Shown here piece by piece: positions 28,058 to 37,200 of a DNA stretch of 37,520 nt. This DNA comes from Candidatus Bruticola sp. (GTDB taxonomy: Bacteria > Vulcanimicrobiota > Xenobia > Xenobiales > Xenobiaceae). The DNA is taken from the NCBI GenBank assembly GCA_051874735.1, contig JBJEGD010000027.1:1-37520 (forward strand). The letters are read 5' to 3'. Numbering within the stretch: the first letter of the stretch is position 1; the number at the start of each line of letters is the position of its first letter. A program made the translations under genes and the position numbers. The notes below the pieces were generated by a model that did not search any database, was not told the DNA's origin, and saw only the letters and a program-made list of their open reading frames with translations.

Positions 28058-28231
28058 ATTTCAGTCGGCAGGTGTTTTCTGCCGCTAATCGAACTGCAAA
28101 AACTCTCTACAGGTGTATCTTATTTAGGTTGGGGAACCCTTGAAGGTTTTTAACAAACTGGGAAGAAAGATTTTTGTATAGCAGCTGGGGGCTGATGCGC
28201 TCTCACGGATTTTTGGGAAGAAGAGGTTTTT

Positions 28232-29353
28232 ATGGACTTTATCAACGGGTTGTTGAAAAAAATCTTCAAAAAAGAAGAAGAAGTATGCGGCATGGATATC
28301 GGCAGTAGCGCCATTAAGGTTGCAGCGATGGTCCGTGGTAAAAAAGGACTCCAATTAACACGTTATGCCTCTTGCCCTACACCACCAGCTACTATAAAAG
28401 ATGGAGCCATTGTTGATGCTCAAACGCTGGGGGAGACAATCCGTGATCTGTTGCGTGAAAATAATTTCCCCGCTGAGTGCCCCATTGTCAGTGCTGTATC
28501 TGGTCAGTCTGTGGTAATTAGACCTATTAAAATGCCCATTATGACTGAACGGGAGCTGTCCACCTCTATTCAATATCAGGCCGATCAGTATTTGCCTTAT
28601 GCTGTTTCTGATGCTCAGGTAAGTGGCATTATTCTACGGGAGTCACTTCCTGATGAACCGAATAGTATGGAAGTTCTACTTGTGGCAGCCCCCAAAGAAA
28701 TGATTACCAATACGCGCGAGCTGATCCAGATTGCCGGTGCTGTGCCCGACGCCGTCGATTTGGAACCATTCGCTTTGCTGCGGGCTATCCAGGAGAGTAA
28801 CCCCGAGGTGTCTTCCGGAGATAAAACTATTGCCCTAATAAATTTGGGCGCGTCCTCGGGAAGCGTAAATATTTTTAAGGCGGGCTTGCTCCGCCATAAT
28901 AGAACGATTTCTATAGCCGGCAATAGCTTTACGAAGGCTATCGGACAGGAGCTCAACTTGTCTTTTGAAGAAGCTGAGCGCTTCAAAATTGATAAGTGCG
29001 TCGTCAGAGTTGGTGAAAATGATTCTGAGCCTGTAGCTCCTACCACGATGCGTGTCTTTAAGATCATTGTTCCCGTTCTGCAGGAATTGGTCCGCGACAT
29101 ACAACGTTCCTTCGATTATTATCGGTCTAGGGAAAAAGCAGAGTCAGTAGATTTAGTAGTTCTTTCCGGCGGTACTGCCCGCATGAAGAACATCGATGTC
29201 TACTTGGCGAACGAGTTAAGTATCGAGTGTCAGATAGCTAATCCGTTCCGGAGCGCTTCGATTTCGAACGTTCAGGGCATTTCAGCTGATGATCTCGAAG
29301 CACTTGCGCCTATGGCTATGGTTGTCGCCGGGTTGGCGTTGCGTAAACGTTAA
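28232..29353 (+). CDS. pilM: Type IV pilus assembly protein PilM (actin-like)
   Basis: GMDIGSSAIK, INLGAS, AGNSFT, SFDYY, LSGGTARM, NPF, GLALR. Confidence 0.95.
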   Translation: MDFINGLLKKIFKKEEEVCGMDIGSSAIKVAAMVRGKKGLQLTRYASCPTPPATIKDGAIVDAQTLGETIRDLLRENNFPAECPIVSAVSGQSVVIRPIKMPIMTERELSTSIQYQADQYLPYAVSDAQVSGIILRESLPDEPNSMEVLLVAAPKEMITNTRELIQIAGAVPDAVDLEPFALLRAIQESNPEVSSGDKTIALINLGASSGSVNIFKAGLLRHNRTISIAGNSFTKAIGQELNLSFEEAERFKIDKCVVRVGENDSEPVAPTTMRVFKIIVPVLQELVRDIQRSFDYYRSREKAESVDLVVLSGGTARMKNIDVYLANELSIECQIANPFRSASISNVQGISADDLEALAPMAMVVAGLALRKR

Positions 29354-29410
29354 GTTGCAGCGTAAGCTTGGCGAGCTTAGTCGAGCTGATACTCCAAAGG
29401 GAGGTGCACG

Positions 29411-30046
29411 ATGACCATCAAGGTCAACCTATTGCCTACTGAGCGTAAGAGGTTTACTTTCGACCCGCTGGTCGCAGTTTTGTTTGTGTGTGTCTGCGCC
29501 GCGCTGGTTGGTTGCATAGTTTGGGGGTCCCGTCTACAGCAAGATGTAGACGCCACTCAAGCTAAGATCCAGCGACTAGACGACGAGATCAAGAAAACGG
29601 AGCAGAGTTTGCCCGTTATCGATGAGATCAAGACGCAGATTGCCAAACTTAAAGGTGAAATCAAAGTTATCACCAGTTTAAAATATGATCCGGTTCGGTA
29701 TGCAAATCTCTTGACTGAAGTAGGAAAGGTCTTACCAGAAAATGTATGGCTAACTAGTTTGTCCGTTGAACCTTCGACGACTGCCGTTACTATGAGCGGT
29801 ATCGCTGCTCATCGCCCCGGCAAACCCCCGTTAGCTACTGTGGCTGAGTTTATACAGAAGATGGATGATTCCAAAATTTTTACAGAGTCTTCCTTGTCTT
29901 CAACTTCACAAGTCAAGATTGAGTCTGGTGTAGGCTTTACTTTCCAAATTGAAGCTCGTTACGATGCTGATACTGCTGCTGGTTTGGCTGAACAGCAGAC
30001 TGCTGGAGCTTCAAAAGACGTTTCATCCAGTGAAACAGAATCTTAG
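29411..30046 (+). CDS. pilN: Type IV pilus assembly protein PilN
   Basis: N-terminal VNLLP motif, TM helix, coiled coil, LPENVWL; GGAGG RBS. Confidence 0.93.
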   Translation: MTIKVNLLPTERKRFTFDPLVAVLFVCVCAALVGCIVWGSRLQQDVDATQAKIQRLDDEIKKTEQSLPVIDEIKTQIAKLKGEIKVITSLKYDPVRYANLLTEVGKVLPENVWLTSLSVEPSTTAVTMSGIAAHRPGKPPLATVAEFIQKMDDSKIFTESSLSSTSQVKIESGVGFTFQIEARYDADTAAGLAEQQTAGASKDVSSSETES

Positions 30047-30054
30047 GAGGTACG

Positions 30055-30726
30055 ATGACTATAAACACACCTATTAAAATCGTCGTAGCCTTCGTAGTAA
30101 TCGCACTCATTGTTGTTATGTTCTGGTTGTTTGACTGGAAAGATAAGACAGAACAGATCGAACAAAACAACAGCAAAGTAGCAGAGCTTGAAGTCAAATT
30201 ACAGGAACAGCGCAAGCTAGTTGCCGATTTACCTGCTCTTACTAAAGAGAAGAATGAATTGGAAGAAGAACTGGCTCGTGTCGTACAAACCAATCTTGTT
30301 CCTGAAAAAGCTGAACTTTTTGTTGCTAACTACATCAAAGAGATTGAGAAGTTGACTCAGGAAGAGGGCTATCGTACTGGTGACGATTCTTTTGAAATCA
30401 TCTCCATTACCCCAGGCGCTCTGACTTCACAAGCTGCTCAAGGTTCCGATGCCGGTAACACTGAAGCTGCTGAAGATGACGAAGGCGTTGACTCTACTCC
30501 CGATGCTCTTAAGCAGTTCCCGACCCGTATGTTCCAAATGACTATGAAGGGCAGATATTCTACTCTGATTGAGTTCCTCTATCAGTTAGGTGATCTCCGT
30601 TTAGAGCGTTTGGTTACTATCGACAAGATTGCGCTGCAGCCTGAGAATAAAAAAGAAGGCGAAGCCGGTAGCCCCATCTTGACGATTCAGATTCCCATCA
30701 CAGCTTACATGAGACAGGGAGGTTAA
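30055..30726 (+). CDS. pilO: Type IV pilus assembly protein PilO
   Basis: TM plus coiled coil, G.Y..L.EFL..L..L.RLVTI PilO motif; synteny. Confidence 0.88.
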   Translation: MTINTPIKIVVAFVVIALIVVMFWLFDWKDKTEQIEQNNSKVAELEVKLQEQRKLVADLPALTKEKNELEEELARVVQTNLVPEKAELFVANYIKEIEKLTQEEGYRTGDDSFEIISITPGALTSQAAQGSDAGNTEAAEDDEGVDSTPDALKQFPTRMFQMTMKGRYSTLIEFLYQLGDLRLERLVTIDKIALQPENKKEGEAGSPILTIQIPITAYMRQGG

Positions 30727-30735
30727 AGAAAAAAT

Positions 30736-31500
30736 ATGAACCTGCCTGAATTTGGTTCAAAATTGAACAAGGGTTGCAAAGTTTTCGCTCTCTCTCTGGC
30801 TATGTTGGCTTGCGCCGCTTGCGGTGGAGGAGAGACTGCTGATGGTTCTTCCAACTCTCCGGTCAGTAGTGAAGTAGAAGTCGCTGATAGCACTGGCGGC
30901 GAAGTTGCTGCTGAGAGCGCCGCTGAGGGTTCAGAAAACTCTTCTGAAGCAGGCAACACCGAGGTAACTGATGCTGGTGTGGCTAGCTCTGGTGAGGGTA
31001 CCGGAGATGGTACCGTCGTTGAGCCTACTGCTGATGGAAATGCCTCTGCTGCTCCTGATAAGGCTGCTGAGAAAAAGCCTGCTCCTATACGACGTAAAGT
31101 CGCCGTTCGTGATCCCTTCCTGAATATGGTAGTAGGTCCTGCTGCGGTTACCAACGCCAAGCTTTCCAAAATGTCAGCCGCTCAGAGAGCTGCTTTGCAA
31201 AGAAGTCAGAAGAAGGCTGTAAAGAATACTTCTGATAAGAAGGCTAAGCCTGCTAAAAAGGTTGTGAAAGTCGTTAAGCCCAATATCATGGTCAATGGTA
31301 TTTTAAAAGGTGGCAGTGGCTATGAAGCCATGATTAGTGACGGCACTCAAACTCGCTTAGTGGCGGTTGGTCAGAGAGTTGATAAGTATCGCATCTTGGG
31401 AATCGATCCTAAGACTAACACTGTTACTATCGGTCTCGGCAAAGAGCATAAGTTCCGTTATACCTTGGAAAAAGAGCAGTTCGGAGACGCTAAGAAATAG
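30736..31500 (+). CDS. pilP: PilP-like lipoprotein
   Basis: Lipobox-like ACAAC, long disordered linker, RDPF motif, C-terminal beta domain (GIL...A.I....V.VG); sits between pilO and pilQ. Confidence 0.65.
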   Translation: MNLPEFGSKLNKGCKVFALSLAMLACAACGGGETADGSSNSPVSSEVEVADSTGGEVAAESAAEGSENSSEAGNTEVTDAGVASSGEGTGDGTVVEPTADGNASAAPDKAAEKKPAPIRRKVAVRDPFLNMVVGPAAVTNAKLSKMSAAQRAALQRSQKKAVKNTSDKKAKPAKKVVKVVKPNIMVNGILKGGSGYEAMISDGTQTRLVAVGQRVDKYRILGIDPKTNTVTIGLGKEHKFRYTLEKEQFGDAKK

Positions 31501-31741
31501 CTCATCTCCCGGATAAAATGTTAGTCTCTTTTGAAAAATTGAAAATAATAAAAAGCACGGCCAGGCCTTCGGGGGTGTCTGTCCGTTTGCAGGAAGGTCT
31601 GCCGAGTTGAGAAAGTGCGCATATATAGTTTTTATGTATACTTTCTCTAGTAGTGGATCGCACCCTCGGAATGAAACTTGTTGTTTCAAGTAATTAAGTT
31701 CTTAATTGAACGTGATGGCCAATAGGAGGTGGGTAAAACCA

Positions 31742-33727
31742 ATGCTCTTGTCCAAGCGTAGAAGCATTCAGCTTCTGTTTGCATGCCTGATGGCCGTGGG
31801 ACTATTGTTGTCTTCGTCCATGGCAGTGACAGCTCAAGGCAATGCTGCAACTATTAATGGCGTCAATTATAGCCTAGATAATGCTAAAGGTCTTATCAAG
31901 GTAGTAGCTGACACCACAGCACCAGTTCAGTATAAGCAGTTGAAATCTAACAACGCCATATGCGTCGAGATTTCTCCCGCTGTTGTCGGTAAAAATGTAA
32001 AACGCAGCCAGAATATCAACACTGGCCTGCTTCAGAGTATCGTTGTCGCTCAAACTTCTGCGAACGTTGTTTTAGTCCGCATGAATGTCAGTGACACTCC
32101 CAAGACCAGCTATTGCACCGCTTTGGCGGAGAATAAAGGCGTATCCGTCGCTTTCTCCAAAAACGAAGTTGCTAGTGCGAAAGTAGCGAAAGCACAAGCT
32201 GCTGATACTGTTGCTAAAGCCGGAAGCAATGTCGCTCCTCGTAAAGTAGCCGCGCCTGCTAAGAAGGCTGCTGCTAAGAAGGTCGCTCGCAAGACCGCTG
32301 TCAACAGAGTTAAAGTTGTCAATATGGAATTTGTCAACGCTGACCTCGTTTACATCGTTAAATTCCTTGCTAAGGAAATGGGACGCAATGTTTACGTAGG
32401 TCCCGATGTACAGGGCTCTGTTACTGTGACTTTGAAGAATGTTCAGCCTGAAGGCGCTTTGGCTTTAGTACTGAAAATGCAGGAAACTCCTTATGACTAC
32501 AAGATCGTCGATAACACCGTGATCGTAGCCACTTCCGAGAAACTGCAAACTATTGCTGATAACATTCTTACTCCCAAAACTAAGTCTAGCTCCGTTAGGA
32601 AGAACCTTTCCGAACAGGAATTCATTCTTGAGTCTGCTCCTGCTGCTAATATCATTGAATTCTTGAAGGGACAGTATCCCGACGTAGTTTTCACTCCCCA
32701 TCCAACTATTAACGGTTTCTATGCTAAAGCTACTCCCCAGGAACTCAAAGAGATCAAGAGCAAGCTTCCTAACCTTGACCAGGTTCCAGCTCCTCCGCCA
32801 GCTCCTCGCCGCGAGTACATTACTGTTAACTACGGTAAAGCTGAAGAAATTCAGACCCTCCTTAAAACTCTGGTTCCAGATATTACTCTTAACTTAGACA
32901 AGCGCATGGGCATTCTCGTAGTTGAGGGTACTGATGAGCAGATCGAACAAGTTCAGGAAGTGTTGGCTAATATTGACAGACCTTTAAAGCAAGTCATGTT
33001 AGACTTCAAAGTTGTTGAGCTTAACGAAACTGGTTCTAAGAACTTAGGTGTACAGTGGAGTGACGACGCCGGTGCTATGGGCGTATTTAACACCACTTTT
33101 GCTGAAATCGTTCCTTCTTTATTCTACGGCGCTGATCGTCACATGATCACCAACGAGGAATTTGACCTTGGTGAAGACTCCAGCGATTTAACCGCTTTCA
33201 ACCTTGGTACTTTCGGCCGTTCTCCTCTCTTAATAAAAGCTTCTATCTCCTTCGTGGTAGAGAACAGCGATTCTAAAACTTTAGCTTCCCCTCGTATTGC
33301 TACTCAGAGCGGTGAGAAAGCTGAAGTGTACGTAGGTCAGAGATATCCTATCGTATTCTATGATCCTCGTGCTGGTCAGTTCCAAGTTCAGTATGTTGAT
33401 ATCGGTACTAAGTTGGAAGCTACTCCTGAAGTAAAAGATGATGGCCACGTTGTAGTGGAACTGACTCCTACTACTTCCAGCGCTGGTAACTTAGTTAACA
33501 ACCAGTATCCTATCACTTATGAGCGCACAGCTAAATCTAAGGTTCGCGTGAAAGACGGTGACACAATCGTTCTGGGTGGTTTGATCAGTGACAGTGAGAA
33601 ACATTCTGTTTCTAAGCTCCCTCTCTTAGGCGACCTTCCCGTGATCGGTGCTTTATTCCGCTATGAGAGCCATAGCTCTGACAGAAGCGAAGTTGTATTC
33701 ATGGTCACCCCTCACATTATGGATTGA
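31742..33727 (+). CDS. pilQ: Type IV pilus secretin PilQ
   Basis: Signal peptide, AMIN-like N-terminus, N0/N3 domains, LASPRI, DGDTIVLGGL, KLPLLGDLPVIGALF, VTPHI; AGGAGGT precedes ATG 31742 (track 31706). Confidence 0.95.
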   Translation: MLLSKRRSIQLLFACLMAVGLLLSSSMAVTAQGNAATINGVNYSLDNAKGLIKVVADTTAPVQYKQLKSNNAICVEISPAVVGKNVKRSQNINTGLLQSIVVAQTSANVVLVRMNVSDTPKTSYCTALAENKGVSVAFSKNEVASAKVAKAQAADTVAKAGSNVAPRKVAAPAKKAAAKKVARKTAVNRVKVVNMEFVNADLVYIVKFLAKEMGRNVYVGPDVQGSVTVTLKNVQPEGALALVLKMQETPYDYKIVDNTVIVATSEKLQTIADNILTPKTKSSSVRKNLSEQEFILESAPAANIIEFLKGQYPDVVFTPHPTINGFYAKATPQELKEIKSKLPNLDQVPAPPPAPRREYITVNYGKAEEIQTLLKTLVPDITLNLDKRMGILVVEGTDEQIEQVQEVLANIDRPLKQVMLDFKVVELNETGSKNLGVQWSDDAGAMGVFNTTFAEIVPSLFYGADRHMITNEEFDLGEDSSDLTAFNLGTFGRSPLLIKASISFVVENSDSKTLASPRIATQSGEKAEVYVGQRYPIVFYDPRAGQFQVQYVDIGTKLEATPEVKDDGHVVVELTPTTSSAGNLVNNQYPITYERTAKSKVRVKDGDTIVLGGLISDSEKHSVSKLPLLGDLPVIGALFRYESHSSDRSEVVFMVTPHIMD

Positions 33728-33762
33728 TAGATTAAGCTAATCCCTACGGTGAGTAGTGATAG

Positions 33763-33807
33763 AAATGGGCAGTTGATTTTAGATCAGCTGCCCATTTTAT
33801 TTTTTTT
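33763..33807 (+). terminator. Intrinsic terminator after pilQ
   Basis: AAATGGGCAGTTGAT...ATCAGCTGCCCATTT followed by a T run. Confidence 0.88.
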
Positions 33808-34270
33808 GTCTAAAAATTGTTTTATATCGTGGTTCTAAAACAGGATACTGCATATACTGAGGGTTTTATGCAGGAACTAATTATGCCTATTACGAACTTT
33901 TAGCCCTCTTTAGTCTCATTGGGCTGCAAAGTGTCGCGACAAAATATTTGCTATATGCTCCGGCTTCTGTGGCTTCCAAGAGCGGGAAGAGCAGCTGCGG
34001 AGTATAAACGATTGTATTCTCGTTATTTTGTGGCTGAGTGAGAGAGCGTCTCTAATTCGCGCAGGGCGCTGTCAACCGTCCTGCAGTGCAGCTCATCCTG
34101 CTGGTGGTTGTACCTGTGCGGGTGTGCGATCCGGGGAAGGCTGAGAACCTGACTGCGCAGTACCGCGGCTTGGTTGTTTCCCCCTGCGGAGCAGTCAATT
34201 TAGACAAGATTGAACTAAACGGATTAGTAGAAGATGGCTGACAAGTCGTTGAGAAGGTGGTGTGACTTAC

Positions 34271-37200
34271 GTGGCTGATACCATTGAAGGGTTGATGCAG
34301 GAGGCCCAAGCATTCGCTGACAGCAGAAGCTGGGACCAAGCCATAGAGAGTTATTCCAGAGTAATAGATCTGGATGCTGATAATGATGAGGCTTGCCGAA
34401 GCTTGGCTAATATCTACGCTTTGCGTGGAATGTTTAAGTCGGTAATAAGTACCTATCTGCGGTTGATGCACATCTATGTCGCGCGTGGCGACATGGAGAA
34501 TGCGATGGCTGTGGCTAACTATGTGCTCCTTTTAGAACCGACGTCTATTGATGTCCGCTCTGAGCTCATAAATATGTATCGCTATCGCGGGGATACAGCT
34601 GAGGTTGTATCGCGCTCGCTCGATTTAGCTCGTCTTTATACTGAGTTAGATGAGGGAGATCGCTCTATCGAACTTTTGCAGGCCGTCTTAAATGACGATC
34701 CTAACAATGCTGATATTTGCCGTGAATTGGCCGAAATGTATATTCAATATGGTCAAGTGGAGCGCGGCGCTAATCAGTATCATCAAGTTGCCGATCTGTA
34801 CCAGGCAAACGGACAGCTCGACAAAGCTTGTGATGCACTTGAGAGAATTTTAGTTGTTAATAGCGGCGATTCTGGTGCGGTTTTCCATCTGGGAGAACTT
34901 TATTCTATGATGGAACGTTGGGAAGATGCCGAGAAACAATTCCGCAGCGCTCTCAAGTTTGACTTCGAAAATCTCGACGTCATGTTTGCTTTGGGTAATG
35001 TTTGTCAGCACAAAGGCGATTTGGATCAGGCTAGTCTAGCGTATCGCAAGATCGTCATGATCGCTCCTGATTATGTTTCGGCTCAGGAACGTCTTGGCGA
35101 AATTTACCATATGCAAAACAATATAGAGTTGGCTATTAAGTCTTATCTTACAGCCGGCGGCCTTTATGTGCGCAATAATGACCCTGAGCATGCTATAGCA
35201 CTTTATCAGCGCGTCATCTTCCTCGATCCTAACAACCCAGCGGCTACCCGTGAACTTACCAATTTAGGTGCTCCTGTTGTTGGTAATGATGGTGGCATCC
35301 AGCCTCTTGTTAAGAATAAGAGTACATCTAAAGCTTCTCGTGCTGATTCTCGTCGCGATAAGAAAGATGGTGAGCGTAAAACTCGCAGCGGTTTGCTTCC
35401 TAAGGGAGGCGGCGGTATGCGTGCAGGTTTGATGGCCAAAGGTAGCGGCGGTGCCAAACCTGGTTTGGGTGGTAAACCCGTATTAGGTGGTGACGGTGAG
35501 GTTGAAGGTGCGCCGCGTCCTGGTTTGATGCGTGCAGGACTAAAGGCTGCTGGAGGTGGTAAGCCCTCTTTAGGTGGCAAGCCTATGCTCGGCGGTAAGC
35601 GCGTTTTAGGAAGTCGTAAGAAAAAGGGAGAAGCTGTTAAGGAAGATGCTCCTGCCGAACATAGTGGCGTTAGTTTAGCTAAAGAGCCTGAGAACGAAGA
35701 AAATGCCGTTGTAGAGAGCACTGCTGAAAATATTGACAACGTACAGGGCGTCGAAGCTGCAGCTGCCACTGAAAATTCTTCAGATACTACTGCTTCCGAG
35801 TCTTTTGAAACGCATGCTGATGTTGGGAATATAGTTGAGTCCGTTCCTGAAGCTCAATCTTTTGTTTCTGATCCTGTAAGTGATGGACAGTCTGAAGCTT
35901 CTCCGGAACAAAGCCAGGAAGATTCAGCTCACGAGTCTTTTGCTGCTCCTGAGCATCAAGTTGCTCCTGAAGAAGACATGTTCGCCAGTGATGCTCAGCA
36001 ATTCGGCGGCGATATGCAACAGTACGCTGGCGAAGCTCAGCAATTCGGCGGCGATATGCAACAGTACGCCGGTGAAGCTCAGCAATTCGGCGGCGATATG
36101 CAACAGTATGCTGGCGAAGCTCAGCAATTCGGCGGCGATATGCAACAGTATGCTGGCGAAGAGCAAGGTCAGGAACACGAATACTATCAAGAGCCTTATA
36201 ATGCTCAAGCTGGGGAATTTTACGGAGAACATGCTGACGGCACTGCTCATTTCGAGCAGCCGGTTGAACCTCACGAGGCTTATTATCAGCAAGAAGGTGC
36301 TGTAGCTGAGTATGGAGAGCAGCATCAGTTTGAAGGGGCTGCCTACAGTGAAGATGCTTATTCCGATAGCGGATATGGGTTTGATGTGCATCGTCCTCTT
36401 ATTATGGTTCCCGAAGGTCAGTTAATAGTTCCTTCGCCTATACTTTATTTAGAGCGTACCGATCTGTACGAAGCTATCTGCCAGTCTATTACGGAAGCTC
36501 CTGATCCTGCTGTACTTCCTTGGGAGCCTCTGCGCGTTATTGACGAAGCTGCCATTGAGGAAAAAATGGCTCAGCAGAGTGCTGAAGCTGCTAAAGCTGC
36601 CGAGGAAGCCGAGAAAGCAGCCCAAGATGAAGCTGAGAAAGAACAGTCATCTTTGGGGACTGTGGAAAGTTTTGATTTCAGCAGCGGTGTTAACCTTAAA
36701 GGGGTTTCTGGTACTGGATTGCGCCGCAAACATAAGGGGGAGTCTAAAGGAAGTTCTCTTTCTGGTCGTTCTCGTCTTAGCGGCAATCAGTCCCTTTCAG
36801 AGCGTGTGGCCCGTATGCGTGCAGAAAACTCTGAACTTGAAGAGAATACTTCTGAACATCGTGCCATTAGCGGTATTAGCCGTCATCATCAAGATAAGTC
36901 GCAAAAGAAAGAAAAAGGCCGTTCAATTGCTGGGGGTATTTCTAGGCCAATTAATCAGGTTATTGAAGAGGCTAACCAGGCGAATGGTGCGGCTCCTCAG
37001 GCCTATACAGAGCAAGCTCCAGAAGTTCCTCGTCCTGAGCTTACGGCGACGCGTTCTCGCAGTAGTTTGAGTGAGCGGATAAAGAGAGCTAGACAGTCTA
37101 AGGCCGCCGCAAAAATTCAGTCTGAGGAAGCTAGTGCTGAAGTCGCTATTCAGAGTGTAGAACAGTCTGCAGCAGAGTTAGAAAATAGGGCGTATCAGGC

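Noticed and set aside
21627-33727. Type II secretion system
   Set aside because: PilT with the AVRNLIRE motif, PilM/N/O and a major pilin indicate type IVa pili
35993-36160. Repeat array as possible CRISPR
   Set aside because: Head-to-tail 42-bp units with no spacers, in frame within a coding sequence, and no cas genes in the window
35880-37070. Track ORFs 35880-36305, 35924-36391, 36540-37070 and 36571-36786 (likewise 35206-35769 and 34052-34471)
   Set aside because: Alternative-frame or antisense shadows of the long ORF starting at 34271, which has coherent TPR content and an RBS
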